From Meiothermus sp. (lineage in GTDB: Bacteria; Deinococcota; Deinococci; Deinococcales; Thermaceae), in NCBI GenBank assembly GCA_033762915.1, contig JANRLD010000084.1, forward strand, positions 23,449 to 87,448: a stretch of DNA of 64,000 nt, read 5' to 3'. Of this stretch, positions 57,876 through 64,000 are shown one piece after another. Both the position numbers and the translations under genes were made by a program. The notes beneath the pieces were generated by a model, which saw nothing but the letters and a program-made list of their open reading frames with translations, did not search any database and was not told where the DNA came from. Within the stretch, counting starts at the first letter, position 1. Each line of letters starts with the position of its first letter.

Positions 57876-58229
57876 TTAGCGCAGCTGGGCGGCGCGGCGG
57901 GCGATTTGGGCGATACTCTGGCCGCCGAAGAACGCCTGCTCGAGGTGATGGGTGCGGGGGTTGTGGGCCGCCCACTCCGAGACTGCCAGAAGGTGCCGTC
58001 CCAGCGCAGTTGGGGGCGTATGGCCGAGGTCGAAGACCAGGGTGGCAAATCCCGAGCGCTGGAAGACCCTGGCCAGCCTGCGGTACTGGGCCGCCTCGGC
58101 CTCGTTTAAGCTGGCGAACAGCACCACCCGCCGCGCCCCCAACACCAGACACAACTCAACCTCGAGGACGCCGGTGGCGTCGGTGGGAATGCTAAGCGTC
58201 TGAAGTCCCTGCTGCCCCAAGCCGTCCAT
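57876..58229 (-). CDS. Truncated dienelactone-hydrolase-like alpha/beta fragment
   Basis: LEVEL...VVLFA...LARVFQRSGFATLVFDL; CATACT 6 nt before ATG. Confidence 0.5.
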   Translation of the reverse strand: MDGLGQQGLQTLSIPTDATGVLEVELCLVLGARRVVLFASLNEAEAAQYRRLARVFQRSGFATLVFDLGHTPPTALGRHLLAVSEWAAHNPRTHHLEQAFFGGQSIAQIARRAAQLR

Positions 58230-58541
58230 GCGGAGAGTATGGCTGGCGAGGGGTTACGAAAGGGTTATGGTTTCGCCAAGATGACCTGAAGAGGCCTACG
58301 GTTGCTCAGACGGACATCGCTAAGGGCGGTATGGCGAGCGCTCCGTCCGCAAATCGTCTAAACTTGCCCGCCTGTGCTGGACCATACAGACCGGAGCTCG
58401 CCAGCGCTAGGCAATAAGGACTTTCAACCGTTCCCACCTATACGCCTCACCTTGTGGGCGCGACCGCAGGTGCAAAGTACCCCGCACATCCGCATCTCTG
58501 TGTGGAGGGTTTTGGAGGAAAGCGCTGTTAGAATTGCCCTC

Positions 58542-59294
58542 GTGAATATTGACCTCAACGCCGACGCGGGCGAGTCGTTCGGGAACTGGAAGCTTGGGCA
58601 CGACGAGGACCTGTTCCCGCTGGTCACTTCGGTCAACCTAGCCTGTGGGTTCCACGCCGGCGATCCACTCACTATCCGGGAGGCCGTGAGGCTGGCCCGG
58701 CGCACCGGCACGGCCGTCGGGGCGCACCCCGGCTTTGCCGACCTGGCCGGCTTCGGGCGGCGCGAGCTGGCCGCCACCCCCGAAGAGGTGTACGCCGACG
58801 TGCTCTATCAGATTGGGGCCATCGCAGGCTTCTTGCGGGCAGACGGTTTGCCCTTGCACCACGTCAAGGCCCATGGGGCGCTGTACAACCGCGCCGCCAG
58901 GGACCGGGGCATTGCCCGCTCAATCGCCCAGGCTATCCGCGACTTCGACCCCGCCGTACCGATGGTAGTGCTGCCGGGGACGCCGCTCGAGGAGGCCGCC
59001 CTCGAGTTCGGTCTGCGGGCCGTCCGCGAGGCCTTCCCCGAGCGCGGGTACACCGCCGACGGGCGTTTGGCTGGGCGGGGCACCGAAGGCGCTGTAATCC
59101 ACGACCCCAAAGTGGCGGCGGCCAGGGCCGTGCAGATGGTCACTCAGGGCAAAGTGGTTGCGGTGGACGGCAGCGAGGTCGGGCTAAGCTGCCAGACCTT
59201 GTGCATCCACGGCGACAACCCCAACGCCCCCGAGATCGCACGTCACATCCGCGAGGCCCTGGGCGCTGAAGGGATAGAGTTCCGGGCATTTTAA
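58542..59294 (+). CDS. pxpA: 5-oxoprolinase subunit A (LamB/YcsF)
   Basis: IDLNADAGESFG, ACGFHAGD, GAHP, HVKAHGALYN, CIHGD. Confidence 0.93.
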   Translation: MNIDLNADAGESFGNWKLGHDEDLFPLVTSVNLACGFHAGDPLTIREAVRLARRTGTAVGAHPGFADLAGFGRRELAATPEEVYADVLYQIGAIAGFLRADGLPLHHVKAHGALYNRAARDRGIARSIAQAIRDFDPAVPMVVLPGTPLEEAALEFGLRAVREAFPERGYTADGRLAGRGTEGAVIHDPKVAAARAVQMVTQGKVVAVDGSEVGLSCQTLCIHGDNPNAPEIARHIREALGAEGIEFRAF

Positions 59295-59563
59295 GAACCT
59301 GGGAGATCAGAGGGGGCAACAGTTGCGTCTCGGGGCCGTGTGGCTTGCACTATAGACGCGGGCGGCTTCCCGGTGCGGAGTGGCTTTTGCCATACTCGCG
59401 AAGCGGCTGTGCGGGGCGCAATTCCCAAGAGGCGTTTCGGGGCGCTATTTCGCGGTTGAACAACACTAAACTAAGGCCAACCTGCCCGGACAGCCTATCG
59501 GTGGCTCTCACAGATACTCGCCACGGGAAATGCCGCCGTACTCAGTTTGCGAGAGCGCCGGTC

Positions 59564-60184
59564 TCAATACAGGGTCGAGCGCTGCCGCTCTGGCAGCGCC
59601 TGGTCGTAGCCTTTGCCATCAATCGCCGACTCTGTCAGGGCCTCGAGGATGGTTCCCGCGCTGGGGACCTTCCCAAGCAGTTCAGGCGGAGAAGGCTGCC
59701 AGAGCTTTGAGCGATGGAGGGCTCTGGCGCACTGGAAGAAGACAGCTTCGACCTCGATGACCAGCACGCACCTGGGCAGCTTGCCCTCCATCTCGAACCG
59801 CAACACCAGCTCGGGCGCGGTGGAGATGCTGGCCCGTCCGTTGACCCGAAGGGTCTCGCCGATGCCTGGGATGAAGAAGAGCAAGGCCACGCGGGGGTCG
59901 GTGAGGATGTTGCGCAGACTGTCGATGCGGTTGTTGCCGCGCCGCTCGGGGAGCAGGAGGGTCTTCTCGTCAAGCACCGTCACCAGACCAGGCGGGTCGC
60001 CCCTGGGCGAGGCATCGAGGCCGTTCGGCCCCACTGTTGCCAGCACCGCAAAGGGGGAAGCCTCGAGCCACTGGCGATAAACCGGGTGAATAAACGAGAC
60101 CTCCTTCTTTATCGAGGCTTCACTCACCTCTGCATACAAGGCCTCGAGCTGGGCCAGTGTTTCGATCCTGTGGGCGTCGTTCAC
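59564..60184 (-). CDS. Pyridoxamine 5'-phosphate oxidase-like FMN-binding protein
   Basis: DASPRGD, PERRGNNRIDSLRN, FFQCARA; TACAAT 6 nt before GTG. Confidence 0.9.
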   Translation of the reverse strand: MNDAHRIETLAQLEALYAEVSEASIKKEVSFIHPVYRQWLEASPFAVLATVGPNGLDASPRGDPPGLVTVLDEKTLLLPERRGNNRIDSLRNILTDPRVALLFFIPGIGETLRVNGRASISTAPELVLRFEMEGKLPRCVLVIEVEAVFFQCARALHRSKLWQPSPPELLGKVPSAGTILEALTESAIDGKGYDQALPERQRSTLY

Positions 60185-60466
60185 ATTGGAATTGTACAGG
60201 ACGGCCAACGGTTAAGTTGTTTCACCGCCAAAGCAGACACCCGGCCAGCGTCCTGCCGATTTCTCAAATCGCGTGACTTTCCCGTGTTTGCCTGCCCGGC
60301 GCTTCGCCAATTCAATGGCTCGAGACCGACTATGCCCAGGTGAGGTCAGGAAGGCTTCATTGGGCCTTCAGAACCCAGGCTTAAGGTGCAACTTCGGATG
60401 CTTATTTCGCAGATGAACCAGTCCGTGAGCAACTTTTTGTTACAACTGGGCCTGGAAGGTGAGTGT

Positions 60467-60703
60467 ATGAAGCTCGATGAGTGGAACCGAATCGCCCGCA
60501 AAAGCGTGATCCTAAGCCTGTCACTGGCCCTCGGCTATCTGCTGGTCTTCGAACTACAGGCCTCAGGTTCGGGCAGGTTTGTGCTTACAGAGGCAATCCG
60601 CAACGACCTACAGATCGCCGGCACCGTAGCCCTCATCGTCTGCGCAGTGGGGGCGGCGGTTACCTGGCTGTTTGCCCAAGCCAATTTGGACGAGCTTCTC
60701 TAA
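60467..60703 (+). CDS. Small two-TM membrane protein
   Basis: Two hydrophobic segments; RBS-like GAAGGTGA. Confidence 0.55.
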   Translation: MKLDEWNRIARKSVILSLSLALGYLLVFELQASGSGRFVLTEAIRNDLQIAGTVALIVCAVGAAVTWLFAQANLDELL

Positions 60704-60766
60704 CCCTTCGATCGCAAAGTATTCAGCACCGAACATCTTAGGTCTGCCTCGAGGTAAGTTTCGTAC

Positions 60767-61231
60767 ATGAATCTCGAGGTCAACGGGAAGGTGTTGGCGG
60801 TAGACAGCCCCGCCGACGAGATGCTGTTGTGGGTACTGCGCGACGAGCTGGGCCTGACCGGGACCAAGTTCGGCTGCGGAGCGGGCATTTGCGGCTCGTG
60901 CACGGTGCACCTGGACGGCGTGGCGACCCGCAGCTGTGTCACACCGGTCTCGGCGGCGGTCGGCAAAAAGCTGACTACGATTGAGGGGCTCGGCAGCGGA
61001 GACCGGCTGCACCCCGTTCAGCAAGCTTTCATCGAGCAGCAGGTGCCGCAGTGCGCTTGGTGCATGAGTGGCCAGGTGATGACCGCCGCCGCCTTCATCG
61101 CCCAGTCGCCCAACCCCTCGGAGTCCGATGTCGAGGCCGCACTGAGCGCCAACTACTGCCGCTGCGGCTGCTACACCCGTATCCGCACTGCCGTCGTCCG
61201 GGCCGCCGCCATCCAGAAGGAGCAGGTATGA
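60767..61231 (+). CDS. (2Fe-2S)-binding subunit, IorA-like
   Basis: GCGAGICGSC, QCAWC, CRC. Confidence 0.93.
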   Translation: MNLEVNGKVLAVDSPADEMLLWVLRDELGLTGTKFGCGAGICGSCTVHLDGVATRSCVTPVSAAVGKKLTTIEGLGSGDRLHPVQQAFIEQQVPQCAWCMSGQVMTAAAFIAQSPNPSESDVEAALSANYCRCGCYTRIRTAVVRAAAIQKEQV

Positions 61232-63444
61232 GCGCCAAGACGACCGCCAAGAAGCCCAAGACCAAGCGTCCCTGGCGTCTGACCCGACGCGGCTTTCTGA
61301 TCGGAGCGGGAGTGCTGGGCGGACTTGCGCTGGGGGCCAACGCTGCGCTTACCAGAGGCCGACAGTTTGTGGCCGACGCCTTCAATAGCGGCGAGGGCAA
61401 CTTTGGTGGGCCGCCCAACACGCCCAGCCTGTGGCTCGAGGTCTCCCAGGACAACCGGGTGATCCTCTTCGTGCCCAAGGTCGAGTTCGGACAGGGCATT
61501 CACACCGCGCTGGCCCAGATTGCCGCCGAGGAGTTGCAGCCGGACTGGAAAAACTTCCAGGTGCGGGTGGCCGACACCGCCAGGGGCTTCGGTGACAGCG
61601 CCATGAGCACAGCGGGCTCGACCTCGGTGAGCGCGTCCTTCAAGCCGCTGCGCGAAGCGGCGGCCAACATGCGGGTGATGCTCGAGCAGGAGGCTGCCCG
61701 GCAACTGGGCGTGAGCGCCGGCGACCTCCGTGTGGCCGGCGGGCGGATCTCGGTGGCAGGGCAGCCCGACAAGTCGCTGACCTTCGGCGAGGTGGTCGCG
61801 GCCAAGCAGGGCGAGTGGCAACTCCCCACCGAGGTTCCCAGGCTCAAGGCCAGCCGCGACTGGCAGTACATCGGCGAGGCGGTTCCGCGCATAGACTTCC
61901 GCGCCAAGCTAACTGGCCAAGCCGTCTACGGATACGACGCACGGGTCGAAGGAATGCTTTACGGCGCGGTGGCCCGCCCGCCCCGCTACGGCGCGACACT
62001 CAAAGGTGTGGACAACCTCGAGGCCGTCCAGGCCATGCCGGGGGTGGAGAAGGTGGTGGTCGACCCCACGCAGAACTTCGCCGGGGTGGCGGCCCGCACA
62101 CGCTCCCAGGCCCGCCGAGCAGCCGAGGCCCTGCAGGTGCAGTGGGAGGGCGGAATCACCTGGAGCCAGGAAGACCTCGAGGCCCGCGTCCAGGTCCCCA
62201 GGAGCGGTCGAGGGGGCACCGTCTACATGCAGAACGGCGACCCCCTCCAGGGGTTACGCCAGGGCAAGCGGGTCGAGGCCGAGTACCGCATCCCCCTGGC
62301 CGCCCACGCCCACCTCGAGCCCCAGGCCGCCTTGGTAGACGTTAAGCCCGACCGGGTAGAGGCCCAGGTCTCGACTCAAGTCGTACAAACCACCCGTGAC
62401 GGGATCGTGAAAGCCACCGGCTATGCGCCCGAACACGTCGTCATCCAGCCGACCTACATCGGTGGGGCTTTCGGGCGAAAGGGCGGGCAGGACGTGGCGT
62501 TCGAGGCCGCAATGCTCTCCAAGGCGGCCGGCAAGCCGGTTCACCTGGGCTGGACCCGCCTCGAGGAGATGCGCTACGGCTACCTGCGCCCGCCCAGCCA
62601 CAACTTGCTGCGCGGCGCGGTGGACGAGAGCGGGAAGATCACCGCGATTGAGCACCATATCGCTGGCGGCGACGTATTTCTGGGCCTCGGCACCTTTCCC
62701 GAGGCGGTCGGGAGCGTGTTCGGCTTCGACCCCGGCGCCCTGTCCGGAGCGGTGCCGCTGTATGAGTTCGAGAACGCCAAGGGGCTGGCTTGGCGGGTCA
62801 AGCTGCCAGTCCCAACCGGATGGTGGCGCAGCCTGGGGACCATTCCCAACACTTTCGCGCTCGAGTGCTTCATGGACGAGTTGGCCCACGCAGCAGGCCA
62901 AGACCCGGTAGAGTTCCGGCTGCGCCACCTGGGATCGGATCAGCGGGCGCAGAGGGCCAAGGCGGCGTTGCAGCGCGCCGCCGAGCTTTCGGGCTGGGGC
63001 CAGACCGCCGAAGGCACGGGCAAAGGCGTGGCCATCGGAAAGTACGGTAAGACCGTGGTGGCGCTGGTGGCCGAGGTTTCCGCCGAGAACAACCTGATCA
63101 AAGTCGAGCGGGTGACGGCAGTGGTGGACTGCGGCCTGGTGGTCAATCCCAACGGGGCCGAAGCCCAGGCCCAGGGCTCTATCGTGATGGGTGTCTCCTC
63201 GGCACTAAAGGAAAAAATCACCCTCAAGGACGGCATGGTAGAGGCCGACAACTTCGGCCTCTACCCTCTGCTCACCCTGAGCGAGTCGCCGCGCATTCGG
63301 GTCGAGTTCATCAACTCCGCCAACCTCGCCGAGCCCTACGGGATGGGCGAGCCGGTGATCGGGCCGGTAGCCCCGGTCGTGGCCAACGCGGTCTTCGCCC
63401 TAACCCAGAAGCGATTGAGGGAGCTGCCGTTGAGGCTGGCCTGA
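61228..63444 (+). CDS. Xanthine-dehydrogenase-family molybdopterin subunit, IorB-like, Tat signal
   Basis: TRRGFL, EFGQG, TAGSTS, GGAFGRK, WRS, GMGEP. Confidence 0.93.
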   Translation: MSAKTTAKKPKTKRPWRLTRRGFLIGAGVLGGLALGANAALTRGRQFVADAFNSGEGNFGGPPNTPSLWLEVSQDNRVILFVPKVEFGQGIHTALAQIAAEELQPDWKNFQVRVADTARGFGDSAMSTAGSTSVSASFKPLREAAANMRVMLEQEAARQLGVSAGDLRVAGGRISVAGQPDKSLTFGEVVAAKQGEWQLPTEVPRLKASRDWQYIGEAVPRIDFRAKLTGQAVYGYDARVEGMLYGAVARPPRYGATLKGVDNLEAVQAMPGVEKVVVDPTQNFAGVAARTRSQARRAAEALQVQWEGGITWSQEDLEARVQVPRSGRGGTVYMQNGDPLQGLRQGKRVEAEYRIPLAAHAHLEPQAALVDVKPDRVEAQVSTQVVQTTRDGIVKATGYAPEHVVIQPTYIGGAFGRKGGQDVAFEAAMLSKAAGKPVHLGWTRLEEMRYGYLRPPSHNLLRGAVDESGKITAIEHHIAGGDVFLGLGTFPEAVGSVFGFDPGALSGAVPLYEFENAKGLAWRVKLPVPTGWWRSLGTIPNTFALECFMDELAHAAGQDPVEFRLRHLGSDQRAQRAKAALQRAAELSGWGQTAEGTGKGVAIGKYGKTVVALVAEVSAENNLIKVERVTAVVDCGLVVNPNGAEAQAQGSIVMGVSSALKEKITLKDGMVEADNFGLYPLLTLSESPRIRVEFINSANLAEPYGMGEPVIGPVAPVVANAVFALTQKRLRELPLRLA

Positions 63445-63675
63445 GGCAGACCAGCTTGGATAAAGGTTAGAAGTAAAGTCAGACCCATAACGGAGACCGC
63501 TTATCCTCGCATCCCGAAATGGTACGGTCGCCCTCGACCGTAGGTGAGTGCCAACCCAGTACGGTGCACACATGGGCTCACCAAGGTGTCAGCGAGCAGC
63601 CGGAAACAACCTCTGGCGCTCGTTGCCAGGTGCCATACAGTCGGACCGAGCAGCCGAGGGAGGTTTAGTTCTGAG

Positions 63676-63728
63676 AGCGGTTCCCACCATCACGCCTCAC
63701 GCGGTGAGGCGTGATGGTGGGAACCGCT
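63676..63728. repeat. Perfect 25-bp inverted repeat (REP-doublet-like)
   Basis: AGCGGTTCCCACCATCACGCCTCAC-GCG-GTGAGGCGTGATGGTGGGAACCGCT. Confidence 0.9.
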
Positions 63729-64000
63729 GTGACCTCGGTTGTCACTGGTGGCAGAGACTCGAGTAGGCGGGGTTCATACCGCTTCCCGTGGTAAGGCGTT
63801 AGGGTGGGAACCTCGGTGAAATGTCCTGCTGAACATCGCGTCTTTGCAATGTACCTAAAAATTGGCTAAGCTGGCTTCAGGTCAACTCAGAAGTGTCGAC
63901 CAGATGATCTACCGGTGTTTGGGATTGGGAGTTTGACACTGAGTGTCTGCCACTGTCATCGGTGCTACACCCACAGTTTGGAAAAGAGTGAATGATTCTA

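Noticed and set aside
63830..64000. Gene at the right edge
   Set aside because: AT-richer sequence with stops in most frames; too little context to call.

Overview
GC-rich chromosomal segment of a Deinococcota bacterium, most likely Thermaceae (Meiothermus/Calidithermus-like). The basis for this is the Thermus-type RpoB/RpoC (RpoC has the large lineage-specific insertion), rpoBC not linked to rplKAJL, many apparently leaderless genes and very frequent CTCGAG. The core contains rpoB-rpoC, tsaB, an RsmC-like methyltransferase, rpoD, mutY, an RluA-family synthase, nhaA, gabT, a CtpA/S41 protease, an AlkA-like glycosylase, pxpA, iorAB-like genes, a NarL-type two-component pair and a divergent tRNA-Gln/tRNA-Ile pair. 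No integrase, intact transposase, prophage, rRNA or CRISPR array was seen. The most notable features are: (1) an accessory lipoprotein island at 1-4.8 kb, with a mirror-symmetric divergent promoter driving three tandem ~55-70 aa microproteins, and a duplicated 141-bp hairpin element plus two degenerate attC-like sites that suggest a decayed integron cassette array; (2) a primary sigma factor with a ~280-aa Lys/Ala/Pro-rich extension, whose consensus promoter lies inside the upstream gene; (3) HIP1-like over-iteration of CTCGAG; (4) a terminator-like leader before nhaA; (5) an AT-rich L7/L12-like/toxin-like/Zn-ribbon gene right after rpoC; (6) single lesions in conserved motifs of RpoB, CtpA and a NERD gene. 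All product calls come from motifs recognised by eye; no database search was run.
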